A DNA stretch of 64,000 nucleotides from Bacteriovoracaceae bacterium (GTDB lineage Bacteria > Bdellovibrionota > Bacteriovoracia > Bacteriovoracales > Bacteriovoracaceae). How positions within the stretch are numbered: the first letter of the stretch is position 1; the number at the start of each line of letters is the position of its first letter. A program made the translations under genes and the position numbers. The DNA lies in assembly GCA_049318265.1 (NCBI GenBank), contig JBMOGR010000014.1, positions 1 through 64,000 on the forward strand, given 5' to 3'. Of this stretch, positions 37,273-46,784 are shown piece by piece. The notes beneath the pieces are model-generated. The model was not told where the DNA came from, made no database searches, and saw only the letters and a list, made by a program, of their open reading frames with translations.

Positions 37273-37358
37273 ACAAAGAAAGTGCAATTTAATCTGTCGG
37301 ACCTTTTTTATGTTACAACCTTTTCACCAAACAGTGATTTATAAAAAAGGAGAAAAAA

Positions 37359-37910
37359 ATGAAATTTTACTTATTAGCATTCTTACTTTGTAGTAGCGCT
37401 CAATCATTTAGCTGCGAATTTACTACGCTTAAAGTTAAGGTCAAGGTTGAATCAAGGACTTTGAATTACGGACAACATAAAGAGATCATTAAAACGGAAG
37501 GTCGTTCAAATGCTCGTTTTGTGAAAAATGAAACTGGTGATTACAGTGTATTGGCTTTTCATGATCAGAGTTTTAAGCTTGATGATTTTTCGATTAGTGA
37601 AAAATACGATTATTATACCACTAGGATTAATGCCAATATAAATATGACGGGTGAAACAGTAAAAAACATTTTAAAAGAAGTTATCGGCGAGAAGAAATTA
37701 GCTAAAAGAAGTGATCTTAAGAAATATTTCGACAGGATTAATACTACACAAGCAATTAGCTTGAGCTCTTATTTTTATGCTTTCCATGGCAGTTCATATG
37801 CTGAAACGGATGATGAAACTTCTGACGCTTTAATTATGGAAGATTCAGCCAACAAGGAAAATAAGCTCATCATTGGATTCAATTTTAAACGTTACCCAAA
37901 ATGCCGCTAA
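37359..37910 (+). CDS. hypothetical secreted protein
   Basis: Signal peptide MKFYLLAFLLCSSAQSF. Confidence 0.4.
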   Translation: MKFYLLAFLLCSSAQSFSCEFTTLKVKVKVESRTLNYGQHKEIIKTEGRSNARFVKNETGDYSVLAFHDQSFKLDDFSISEKYDYYTTRINANINMTGETVKNILKEVIGEKKLAKRSDLKKYFDRINTTQAISLSSYFYAFHGSSYAETDDETSDALIMEDSANKENKLIIGFNFKRYPKCR

Positions 37911-37967
37911 AATGAACCCCCTCGAAGTTGGATCCCCTCTGACTTTGAATATTTGAAGCAAAAAAAA

Positions 37968-37992
37968 AGGTCCAAAGATTGGGCCTTTTTTT
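37968..37992. terminator. bidirectional rho-independent terminator
   Basis: A8, then aggtccaa-agat-ttgggcct (one G-U wobble), then T7. Confidence 0.6.
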
Positions 37993-37993
37993 G

Positions 37994-38947
37994 TTATGGG
38001 GACTGTCTTTTCCAGAAAATATTTTTGATCCCATCGTTTCTGAGCTTGAAGCAAAGTGCTCTGGCTTTGACTCCACTTTCGCAAGTGAGAACAATTGGTT
38101 TTTGAAACGGCTGATGAATTTCAGTTTGATATTCATGGTAAGCTATCTCGAAAGATAGCTGCTGACCTTTCCAAGAATAATCATCAAACAAATCTGCAAA
38201 AATATTTTGGCAATAGCATCCTTTACGTTCCTTTTTTTGAAAGCTAGTCCAACTTTGATCGGCCACTTGATAATGCCATATTTTTTGGTCTTCATTTTGA
38301 GCCAAGAGTTCAAGCCCTTTTAAGGCCAGAACTTTTAAAGGCTCAGGATTAGTTACAGTTTGGCAAACTTCAAGGGCATGGATTTTGGCATTTTCTGGAT
38401 ACAAACAGTTTAAGCATGCATTCTCTTTTGCATGATCAAAAAAACTTACTTGGCCGTATTGATCTGTTCCTGAAGCGAAGAGAACTTTTTTTTGTAATGA
38501 AGTAGCCACTTTGGAAATAAGGTATTTGGCGGCAAAGTTGTCAGTTGCATCCAAGATAAGATCATAATCGGCTGCTATATTTGGTAAATTTTCATTATTG
38601 GCAAACTCTTCATACAAATTTATTTTTCCTTGATAGGCCCTAGATTCAAGAAATTCTTGAGCTGAGCGGGTTTTTTTCCATCCGACTCGCCCTGAGTGAA
38701 TAAATTGTCTTCCCAGATTGGATTTATCCACGATGTCACCGTCCATGACACCTAAAAGCAAGGGGCTAAGCCCTTCTAGCGCTTCTAGCCACGGTGAGCC
38801 AATGCCACCTGCCCCGATCAATAATACTTTGGTCTTTTGCCAGTTCATGGCATCACTGTCGTTTTTTTGAAAGAAATTGGCAAGATAGCTTGACCTCAAG
38901 TTCTTTGTTCGATATATAAAGTCTCTAATTTTTTTAGAACCCGTCAT
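37994..38947 (-). CDS. moeB: ThiF/MoeB-family E1-like enzyme with C-terminal rhodanese domain (MoeZ/MOCS3-like sulfurtransferase)
   Basis: VLLIGAGGIGSPWLE (nucleotide-binding motif), CLNCLYPE (CxxC) and the C-terminal rhodanese-like IVLTCESGVKARALCFKL. The N-terminal 33 aa are atypical. Confidence 0.6.
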   Translation of the reverse strand: MTGSKKIRDFIYRTKNLRSSYLANFFQKNDSDAMNWQKTKVLLIGAGGIGSPWLEALEGLSPLLLGVMDGDIVDKSNLGRQFIHSGRVGWKKTRSAQEFLESRAYQGKINLYEEFANNENLPNIAADYDLILDATDNFAAKYLISKVATSLQKKVLFASGTDQYGQVSFFDHAKENACLNCLYPENAKIHALEVCQTVTNPEPLKVLALKGLELLAQNEDQKIWHYQVADQSWTSFQKKERKGCYCQNIFADLFDDYSWKGQQLSFEIAYHEYQTEIHQPFQKPIVLTCESGVKARALCFKLRNDGIKNIFWKRQSP

Positions 38948-38987
38948 GTTAATAATGACGAATATTGACGAATAATAAGGATTTACT

Positions 38988-39629
38988 ATGTCAAAGGTTA
39001 CCGCAGGTCGCTCAAAATTTAAAATTCAACGTCGTCTTGGTCTGGAGCTTCCAGGTCTAGGTAAGGCAGGGGCTCTTGCTCGTCGTCCATACGGACCAGG
39101 TCAGCATGGCGCTCAAAGAAAAAAGCTTTCTGACTTTTCTGTTCGTTTACAAGAAAAGCAAAAAATTATTTTCCACTACGGATTACGTGAAGCTCAATTA
39201 GTTCGTTATATTAAAAAATCACGTACTCTTTCTGCTACTCAAAACGTTTCATGGGCTGACATTTTAGTAAGTCGCTTAGAAAGACGTCTTGATAACGTTG
39301 TTTTCCGTTTGAACTGGGCTCCTTCAATGGCAGCTGCAAGACAAATGGTTTCACACGCTCAAGTGCTTGTGAACGGAAAGAAAGTGAACGTTGCAAACTA
39401 TATGGTTGATGTTGGTGATGAAATAGCTCTAACAGCTAAAGGTTACCAAACTGATAACTATAAGAGAGTTCAAACAAACCCAAGACTTTCTTCAATCCCA
39501 GCTTGTTTTGCTGTAACAGCATCTGGCGAAACGAAGAAAGCGAAAGTTGTTGCTGAGCCTCTAGCAGCTGACATTCCATTCGAATTTGAAGCTAAACTCT
39601 TCATCGAATACTACTGGAAACTTAAGTAA
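38988..39629 (+). CDS. rpsD: 30S ribosomal protein S4
   Basis: GQHGAQRKKLSDFSVRLQEKQK and the S4 domain RLDNVVFRLNWAPSMAAARQMVSHAQVLVNGKKVNVANYMV. Confidence 0.85.
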   Translation: MSKVTAGRSKFKIQRRLGLELPGLGKAGALARRPYGPGQHGAQRKKLSDFSVRLQEKQKIIFHYGLREAQLVRYIKKSRTLSATQNVSWADILVSRLERRLDNVVFRLNWAPSMAAARQMVSHAQVLVNGKKVNVANYMVDVGDEIALTAKGYQTDNYKRVQTNPRLSSIPACFAVTASGETKKAKVVAEPLAADIPFEFEAKLFIEYYWKLK

Positions 39630-39657
39630 TCACGAAAGTAGCAATACCTATAGAAGA

Positions 39658-39684
39658 AGCCCCTCGTATGAGGGGCTTTTTTTT
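39658..39684 (+). terminator. rho-independent terminator of rpsD
   Basis: agcccctc-gtat-gaggggct followed by T8. Confidence 0.75.
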
Positions 39685-39754
39685 ATGTTCAAGAAGTGTT
39701 CAAAGTCAGGGAAGGCCGATAACCTTTGGACCTATTTCACACTTTAGGATTTTT

Positions 39755-40195
39755 ATGAAAACAGTCATTCTTTTAACGGTACTATTCATTTCCATTTCCA
39801 GCTTTTCACAAATCATAGCTTCAAATGATGTGGCCCAAATTAAACTTAGGGCGCTTCTGTGGAGTCGTCCCTTAGCGCCAGGGAATGAATTGAACTATAC
39901 CTATTATGGACAAATGGAAGATATTCAAATGTCCTTATCAGCAAACCTGGGACTTCAAAGAGACGAAGTCATTTTTACCCGTGATGCTTATACAATTTCT
40001 GTTCGTAGTTTTCGTATCAATAAAAGCGGCGCTGAGCCTTACTTAATTCTGCAGAGTAAAATTACCAACAAAGATAAAATGCTAGTGGCAGAGTGCTCTA
40101 CTTATTCTTCTTTGGGCAGAATTATGGAGCTTGGGATTGGCGCTTGTACGGGGCGTGTAGGTGATCTACAGCTTGGGGTAAGTTATACTCACTAA
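39755..40195 (+). CDS. hypothetical secreted protein
   Basis: The signal peptide MKTVILLTVLFISISSFSQ starts at an internal Met (track ORF from 39668, which runs through the terminator). Confidence 0.4.
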   Translation: MKTVILLTVLFISISSFSQIIASNDVAQIKLRALLWSRPLAPGNELNYTYYGQMEDIQMSLSANLGLQRDEVIFTRDAYTISVRSFRINKSGAEPYLILQSKITNKDKMLVAECSTYSSLGRIMELGIGACTGRVGDLQLGVSYTH

Positions 40196-41010
40196 GAGAA
40201 ACTTTTACTACGTTTGGCTGTTTTAAAATAGTGGTCCCGCTTTTCAATTAATTGGGCCGCAATAGAAAGGGCAATTTCCACGGGAGAATTATCGCCAATG
40301 GGAAGTCCTAGTGGACAAATAAAGCTCTTTTGAAATTGTTCTAACTGATGATCACGAAGATCTTTTTCTAAAACATTTCTTTTGGCAAGACTCCCAATAA
40401 TTCCCAAAAAAGGAAATTCTTTTTTATTTTTAAATATCGATAACATGATGGGCGAATCCGTTCCATGTCCCATAGTCATAAGAACGACAAAGGTGGTAGG
40501 GGAGAGTTTTAAAATTTCTTCTGGCAAATTGTTAGAATGAATTTTTTTTAAATGAGGAGAGTCCGGAAGTTTCGCTAACCATTCTTCTCTGTTATCAAAA
40601 CAATTTAATTCACATTTAAAATTGAGCATTAAACGGACGAGTTCCTGGGCTATGTGACCAGCTCCAAAAATGGCTACTTGCCAGGGGTGCTCCTTACTTA
40701 GTTCAAATGAGAAACTAACCGCTCCGCCGCAGGTCATGCCAACGTCTTTTTGCAGGTTCCATTCGAAGTATTGATAAGACTGGGCTTCTCTATCTTCAAG
40801 CATCTTCTGAGCTTCTTTTATGGCTTTCGTTTCAACTTTTCCGCCGCCGACAGTTCCAAAATAAAGTCCTGCTTGAGTGACAATCATTTTGGCTCCAGGA
40901 TCTTGAGGAGCGGAACCCTTTGATTGAAGCAAGGTAACGACTACATAAGGAATTGATTTTGATGACAGCTCTTGGAATTTTTCGACGTAGTCGCTGAAAC
41001 TTAAACTCAT
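40192..41010 (-). CDS. xdhC: xanthine dehydrogenase accessory/maturation protein XdhC
   Basis: XdhC/CoxI-type N-domain (VVVTLLQSKGSAPQDPGAKMIV...GTVGGG) and a Rossmann-like C-domain (VAIFGAGHIAQEL). Confidence 0.7.
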   Translation of the reverse strand: MSLSFSDYVEKFQELSSKSIPYVVVTLLQSKGSAPQDPGAKMIVTQAGLYFGTVGGGKVETKAIKEAQKMLEDREAQSYQYFEWNLQKDVGMTCGGAVSFSFELSKEHPWQVAIFGAGHIAQELVRLMLNFKCELNCFDNREEWLAKLPDSPHLKKIHSNNLPEEILKLSPTTFVVLMTMGHGTDSPIMLSIFKNKKEFPFLGIIGSLAKRNVLEKDLRDHQLEQFQKSFICPLGLPIGDNSPVEIALSIAAQLIEKRDHYFKTAKRSKSFS

Positions 41011-43358
41011 TGAATTCCCTCAAGTGTTTTAAGTCTCTCTATTTCCATTAAAATTTCTTCACTGGTGGCGGGTAGTTTAATTTGAGGTAATTCTTTTTCA
41101 GTAATGAATGAAAGGGCATGTTTAACCGCTGTCCAAACTGAAATTCCTAGTAGAAAAGGTGGTTCTCCTACTGCTTTGGATCCTTTAATATTTGAGTGGC
41201 CCTCATTTTCATTTTCCAAAAGATCGACATTAAAAATTCTGGGCATATCTTGGATGTTCGGAATTTTATAGGTAGTAGGTGAATGAGAGAGCAAAGTTCC
41301 TTTCTCATTGTAGACTAGTTTTTCAGTGGTGACCCATCCTTGAGCCTGAACGTAAGCACCAGTCACTTGGCCAATATCAATGGCCCTATTGATAGGACGT
41401 CCTAAATCCATTAATAGATCGGCCCGAGTTACTTTTAGTTCACCCGTCAGTCGATCTATTAAAACTTCACTGACAGCTACACCATTGGTGAAATAATTAA
41501 AGGCACGGCCGAAACCTTTTTCTTTATCGAAAGAAAGTCCAGGCGTTTTGTAGAATGCGTAGTCGCCAAGTTGAACTCGGTTCAAGTAGGCTTTATTTAA
41601 TAATTCTTTGAGTGGCATGGTTTTATTGGTGGAAATTTGCTTCACGCTATTATTTTCAAAATGAAAATCAGCATCATCAAATTGCTCCCAAATTTCAACT
41701 TCACCACTTTTTTCTGTGAAAAAATGAAGAGCCACTTGGGCCAAACGTTTTCTAATTTTTTGAGCCGCTAAACTAACGGCAGCTCCATTGATATCAGAAC
41801 CGGATGAAGCAGCGGTGGGAGAGGTATTGTGGTTTTTTTCAGTGGAAGTGGGCATCACTCGGACTTGATGTTGAAGTACACCTAACTCATCAGCTGCAAT
41901 CTTTTGCATCTTAGAGTTTACTCCTTGGCCCATTTCCGTAGCACCTGTGGAAACTTGAACCGTTCCATCCAGATGAACATTAACCAGAGCATTTCCTTGA
42001 TTTAAAAATTTGGCGGTAAAGGCAATACCAAACTTGGTCGAGGTCATGGAGAGGCCCTTTAAATGAGTTTTAGACTCTTTATTGAAGGCTTCAATTTCTT
42101 TTTTTCTCTTTTGATAGTCGGAAGTTTGATAAAGCTGATCAAACAATTCTGGCAGAGGATTAAAAGTCAAAACTTGTCCATAAGGAGTAACATTATTCTG
42201 ATCTTTTCCATAAACATTGATTCGTCGAACATGAAAGGAATCTTTTTTCAAAATTCTAGCGATGTCTTCCAATATACTTTCAATCGTGGCAGTACCTTGT
42301 GGCCCACCAAAACCTCTAAAGGCAGTATGTGAGTGAACATTGGTACGGCAAACGGTACCGTTAATTTCGACATCGGGTAAATAGTAGGCTCCATCAAGAT
42401 GAAGCATGGCCCTTTCCATAATTGAAGGAGAGAGATCAGCATAAGCTCCCGCATTGGAGTAGAGATCAACTTTTAATGAAAGAATTTTCCCATCATGATC
42501 AAAGCCAACTTGATAAAAGTTTTTAAAGGGATGGCGCTTCCCAGTACTTTTCATATCGTCGTCTTTACTTAGAATCAACCGAGCGGGGCGCTTGAGCTTG
42601 TGAGCGGCCAAGGCTGCCATCGCGGCAAAAGGAGCAGCTTGAGATTCCTTACCACCAAATCCACCACCCATTCTTTTAACAATAGAAACAACTTGATGAA
42701 AAGGTATACCCAATACTTCAGCTGATAAATGTTGAACTTCTGTGGGATGCTGTGAAGATGAATGAATTTCTACTTGATCTTGTTCTAAGGGGTAGGCAAT
42801 AGCAGCTTGGGATTCAAGGTAAAAATGTTCCTGGCCTTCATTTTCAAAAAATCCAGTGAGTTTATGAGGGGCCGCATGAAATGCTTTTGTCGGATCGCCT
42901 CTTTTGATCGAACTTGTTTGCCCAATAAAAGATTTTTCTTTAATGGCCTGATCCAAATCAAAAAGAGCAGTTTCTTCTTTTATAAGAAGCTTGATACTGG
43001 CTTTGGCCATTCTTAAAGTTTCTTTTGTGAACTCATTGTTTTCCACGGCAATTATGGCAATTGGCTCATCAATATGACCAATTTTATCTTGCACTAAAAA
43101 AGGCTGTTCCGGAATAATTGTTCCCCAATGATTATGATGAACATCCTTGTGAGTGAAAATCCCTAAAACCCCAGGAATTTTTTTGGCCTCTTCACAGTCG
43201 ATATCGATTAACAATCCTTTTGCTACGGGAGTGCCAAGAAAGCCTATAATCATTTCGTTCTTCACCATTGGGCGGTCATCAATAAAAGCTGATTCACCTT
43301 TAACGTGCGAGACACCTGAATCGTGGTGCGAACCATGGTTCTTAAAAATGGTTTTCAT
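41007..43358 (-). CDS. xdhB: xanthine dehydrogenase molybdopterin-binding large subunit
   Basis: 783 aa. Aldehyde-oxidase/XDH a/b-hammerhead and Mo-binding segments (GGGFGGKE, AFRGFGGPQG, EMGQGV). There are 4-bp overlaps with both neighbours. Confidence 0.8.
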   Translation of the reverse strand: MKTIFKNHGSHHDSGVSHVKGESAFIDDRPMVKNEMIIGFLGTPVAKGLLIDIDCEEAKKIPGVLGIFTHKDVHHNHWGTIIPEQPFLVQDKIGHIDEPIAIIAVENNEFTKETLRMAKASIKLLIKEETALFDLDQAIKEKSFIGQTSSIKRGDPTKAFHAAPHKLTGFFENEGQEHFYLESQAAIAYPLEQDQVEIHSSSQHPTEVQHLSAEVLGIPFHQVVSIVKRMGGGFGGKESQAAPFAAMAALAAHKLKRPARLILSKDDDMKSTGKRHPFKNFYQVGFDHDGKILSLKVDLYSNAGAYADLSPSIMERAMLHLDGAYYLPDVEINGTVCRTNVHSHTAFRGFGGPQGTATIESILEDIARILKKDSFHVRRINVYGKDQNNVTPYGQVLTFNPLPELFDQLYQTSDYQKRKKEIEAFNKESKTHLKGLSMTSTKFGIAFTAKFLNQGNALVNVHLDGTVQVSTGATEMGQGVNSKMQKIAADELGVLQHQVRVMPTSTEKNHNTSPTAASSGSDINGAAVSLAAQKIRKRLAQVALHFFTEKSGEVEIWEQFDDADFHFENNSVKQISTNKTMPLKELLNKAYLNRVQLGDYAFYKTPGLSFDKEKGFGRAFNYFTNGVAVSEVLIDRLTGELKVTRADLLMDLGRPINRAIDIGQVTGAYVQAQGWVTTEKLVYNEKGTLLSHSPTTYKIPNIQDMPRIFNVDLLENENEGHSNIKGSKAVGEPPFLLGISVWTAVKHALSFITEKELPQIKLPATSEEILMEIERLKTLEGIQ

Positions 43359-44833
43359 GCACGTACCTCGAGATGGCTCTCACCTTCAAAACAAAACTTG
43401 AGAAGTAAATTTTTAGCGACGATGTTACGGTATTCTTTTGAACTTCTCATATCAGAAATGGGGGTGATTTCGGTTAAGAGAATTTTTCCTGCTTCTTTGA
43501 AAGTAGATTCCTTCCACGTTTTACCTTTGAGGTAAAGGCCCGTTTTGTCACATACTTTAACCACTGGCCCAACTCCACCATAGACAACGGTAATATCTTC
43601 AATCGTATTGTTATTAAGAGAATAGACTGAAGCGAAGGTCACGGTAGAGATATCCATGTCTTTACGGTTAGAGACTTTGTACAGTTTCAATTTTTGTTTT
43701 TTCTTGAGATGAGGAATTTGAATAAAAGTAATAATTTCATCTGCTGCAAGATCTAATTTTTTATAACCTAGATAAAAATTTTGACTATCAATAGTACGTG
43801 TCCCTTTAGGTCCCACAATTTCAATTTGAGCATTTAAGGCCATCATCGCAGGAATGGTATCTGCGATCGGTGAGGCATTGGCGATGTTACCAACGATCGT
43901 GGCGGTATTTTTAATTTGCGGAGAGGCAAAAATTTTCAGCATGTAGGCAAGCTCAATCAAACCGTTATCTTTATTTTTTTCTAGAAAATTTTCTAACTGG
44001 TTTAAATTCACTCGTGCCCCAATTCGAACAAAATCCCCATTATTTTTAACTGAATGGAGTTCTGAAATATGGTTCAAACTGAGAAGTTTGGTGGGAAAAA
44101 ACTTTTCCTTATTTATCAATACTCCCAAGTCAGTGGCTGAAGAAATGAGGCGAGCATCAGAATGCTGACTTTTAAACTTCACAGCTTCGTTAATTGAGAC
44201 AGGGGCAAAAAATTGTTTTTTGTCATGGCTTAAATTCAAGGTTATTTGGGCTTGAGATGTTAGCTCCTGAATCATTGTTTCTGAATGGTATCGATCCCTC
44301 ATCAAAGTCATCTGTGAAGTGTCTACTGTGGCGCAAGCTTCCTTGATAGGCAGATAGCCAGTACATCGACAGAGATTTCCTGTCAGTCCATTCATAATTT
44401 TTTTGGTTGCAGCTTCACCTTGCAGCTGTTTATTTTCTTCAATTCGGTTTTCTAATGTGGCCGTTAGAGCACAAATAAAGCCTGGAGTGCAAAAGCCACA
44501 TTGTGCCCCTTGGGCATCTACAAAAGCTTTTTGAACAGCATGCATGCCATTTTCTTCGGTAATACCTTCCACTGTAATGATATGTGAACAATCCAAGAGT
44601 GACAGCAGGGCAATACAACTATTAATTGAGCGGTAGTGAAGTTTTCCCTCTTTTAAATCGTGAATAGAAGAATATAAAACACTACAGGCTCCACAATCTC
44701 CTTCGGCGCAGACCACTTTTGTTCCGGTAAGCGATTTTTGATAACGAAGATAATCCGACAGCGTCATGAAGATCTGTGATGCTCCAATAGTGTGGCGTTT
44801 TCCGTTGATATACAGTACTATGGAGTCACGCAT
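43355..44833 (-). CDS. xdhA: xanthine dehydrogenase small subunit (2Fe-2S plus FAD-binding)
   Basis: Plant-type ferredoxin CAEGDCGACSV, second cluster CGFCTPGF...CRCTGY, and FAD domain ATIVGNIANASPIAD. Confidence 0.8.
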   Translation of the reverse strand: MRDSIVLYINGKRHTIGASQIFMTLSDYLRYQKSLTGTKVVCAEGDCGACSVLYSSIHDLKEGKLHYRSINSCIALLSLLDCSHIITVEGITEENGMHAVQKAFVDAQGAQCGFCTPGFICALTATLENRIEENKQLQGEAATKKIMNGLTGNLCRCTGYLPIKEACATVDTSQMTLMRDRYHSETMIQELTSQAQITLNLSHDKKQFFAPVSINEAVKFKSQHSDARLISSATDLGVLINKEKFFPTKLLSLNHISELHSVKNNGDFVRIGARVNLNQLENFLEKNKDNGLIELAYMLKIFASPQIKNTATIVGNIANASPIADTIPAMMALNAQIEIVGPKGTRTIDSQNFYLGYKKLDLAADEIITFIQIPHLKKKQKLKLYKVSNRKDMDISTVTFASVYSLNNNTIEDITVVYGGVGPVVKVCDKTGLYLKGKTWKESTFKEAGKILLTEITPISDMRSSKEYRNIVAKNLLLKFCFEGESHLEVRA

Positions 44834-44880
44834 AATATGGTTCCTTAAAGAGTAAATGAGATACTGAAAGTATAGCGACT

Positions 44881-45894
44881 ATGACTCCAAAAATAAAATC
44901 CAATTTCTTGTATATGACCTGTAATTATGGGTCAGAAAAAGCCCTCATCCATGAAGTTGTTAAAGGCTGTCCAGAACTCTCCTTAGGATTCTCTAAAAAG
45001 GGATTCGTTACCTTTAAGGCCCGTGACGTTATCGCTCTCAACTTTCGCGTTGAAAGTGTCTTTGCCCGTGTGCAAGGGCTGTCCTTAAGTCGCTTTAAAA
45101 TTGTCAATGAATCGATGTCAGAGGTGATCAGTTTTGTCTCTGAACTCATAAAACAATACCCGACTAGCCTTGTTCATGTTTCTCCTCGAGAGCGAATGGA
45201 TAAGGATAAGATTGATAGTGATCTGATTCAGTTGTCACAAAAATACCAGGCACTTTTTCAAGATAATATGGTCAATCCTGAAACCATTATCGATTTGATT
45301 ATGGTGGAGGAAGATGAAATTTGGGTGGGTATGAGAAAAGTGATGAAAGAAGAACATTTGATTGCTGGCAATCGACCAGAAATTGAACTTCCAGTTGAAG
45401 CACCTTCCAGAGCTTATTTAAAAATTGCTGAAGCATTTTATCTTTTCAGACCATCCATTTTACCTGGTGAAACCATTATGGAAATTGGTTCTGCCCCTGG
45501 TGGAGCCAGTTATTATCTTTTGAGCCAAGGATACAAAGTCATTGGAGTCGATAACGCTCAGATGGATGAAAAAGTTTTTCATCATCCCAATTTTAAACTT
45601 ATTAAAAAAGTGGCAGGCTCAGTCGAAGCTTCTGACTTTTCTGATAAGGTCAAATGGTTGGCCATGGATATTAATGTCAAACCTGAAATTGCCTTCATTG
45701 AATTAAAAAAAATTCTCCCTCATCTTCCAGATTTAAAAGGTGCTTTGCTGACGCTCAAAATGCCTAAGGTAGATGGTTATCTTGAAGTCCCAGAATATTT
45801 AAAACGTCTAAGCAAACTTGGTTTTAAAAAATTAACTCCGATACAACTTTTTTATAACAAACAAGAAGTTTTTATCTACGCCATAAAAGAATGA
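44881..45894 (+). CDS. rlmM: 23S rRNA (cytidine2498-2'-O)-methyltransferase RlmM
   Basis: ELPVEAPSRAYLKIAEAF and IGSAPGGASYYLL align with E. coli RlmM KFPADAPSRSTLKLEEAF / DLGACPGGWTYQL. Confidence 0.65.
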   Translation: MTPKIKSNFLYMTCNYGSEKALIHEVVKGCPELSLGFSKKGFVTFKARDVIALNFRVESVFARVQGLSLSRFKIVNESMSEVISFVSELIKQYPTSLVHVSPRERMDKDKIDSDLIQLSQKYQALFQDNMVNPETIIDLIMVEEDEIWVGMRKVMKEEHLIAGNRPEIELPVEAPSRAYLKIAEAFYLFRPSILPGETIMEIGSAPGGASYYLLSQGYKVIGVDNAQMDEKVFHHPNFKLIKKVAGSVEASDFSDKVKWLAMDINVKPEIAFIELKKILPHLPDLKGALLTLKMPKVDGYLEVPEYLKRLSKLGFKKLTPIQLFYNKQEVFIYAIKE

Positions 45895-46784
45895 ATATAG
45901 AATTAAGCCAAGCTATTGCCATAGTTAAAAGCGGAGATGTCGTAGGGATGCCGACAGAGACGGTTTATGGTCTTGCCGGTTCCATCTCATCTGAAGCTGC
46001 TTTGAAGAAAATTTTTGCTGTTAAGGAACGTCCATTTTTTGATCCGCTGATTGTTCATATCGCTGAATTTTCTGATGTACTCAAAGTAGCAAAGTCATTT
46101 CCACCTGTGGCCCAAAGTCTTGCCAAAATGATTTGGCCTGGCCCCTTGACTTTAATTCTTCCTAAAAGAGACGATCTAAATCCACTTATTACTTCAGGAC
46201 TTGGAGAGGTTGGAATTAGAATGCCCAGACATCCTTTGGCCCTTGAACTGATTAAGGCCTGTGGACCTTTAGCAGCTCCAAGTGCTAATAAATTTAAAAA
46301 AACCTCACCATCCCTGGCTCAGCATGTGAGAGACGAATTTGGTGACAGTGTTTTTGTTTTAGATGGTGGCCAATGTGAGGTTGGTATTGAATCAACGGTA
46401 GTAGGATTTTCTGAGGGAAAAGTTCTTATCTATCGACCTGGAGGCATTGATTTAAGTAAGCTTCAGTTACTCTTAAATGCTTTTTCTGTGGTGGTCGAGT
46501 ATGCTGAGAGTCCAGTGGCTCCAGGACAGATGCAGCACCATTATATGCCTAAGATTCCTCTTTTTGTTCTCTATCCTGGGGATCTTGTCGATGCTGCTTT
46601 TTTACAGCCAAAAGAATTAGTTTTAAATATTGATCCTAGTTTAGCGGCCAGAGAGCTTTATTTTAAGATGAGACAAATTTCTGACAGTGGTGCAGATGCC
46701 ATTTATGTTTATCGCATGCCGGAGCATTACTCCCATGAGTGGCGTGGTGTTTGGGATAGACTTTTGAAAGCAGCGGTCAAGTAA
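45891..46784 (+). CDS. tsaC: L-threonylcarbamoyladenylate synthase (YrdC/Sua5 type)
   Basis: YrdC domain (VVGMPTETVYGLAG...FAVKERPFFDPLIVH) plus a C-terminal Sua5 domain with APGQMQHHYMP. Confidence 0.75.
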   Translation: MNIELSQAIAIVKSGDVVGMPTETVYGLAGSISSEAALKKIFAVKERPFFDPLIVHIAEFSDVLKVAKSFPPVAQSLAKMIWPGPLTLILPKRDDLNPLITSGLGEVGIRMPRHPLALELIKACGPLAAPSANKFKKTSPSLAQHVRDEFGDSVFVLDGGQCEVGIESTVVGFSEGKVLIYRPGGIDLSKLQLLLNAFSVVVEYAESPVAPGQMQHHYMPKIPLFVLYPGDLVDAAFLQPKELVLNIDPSLAARELYFKMRQISDSGADAIYVYRMPEHYSHEWRGVWDRLLKAAVK

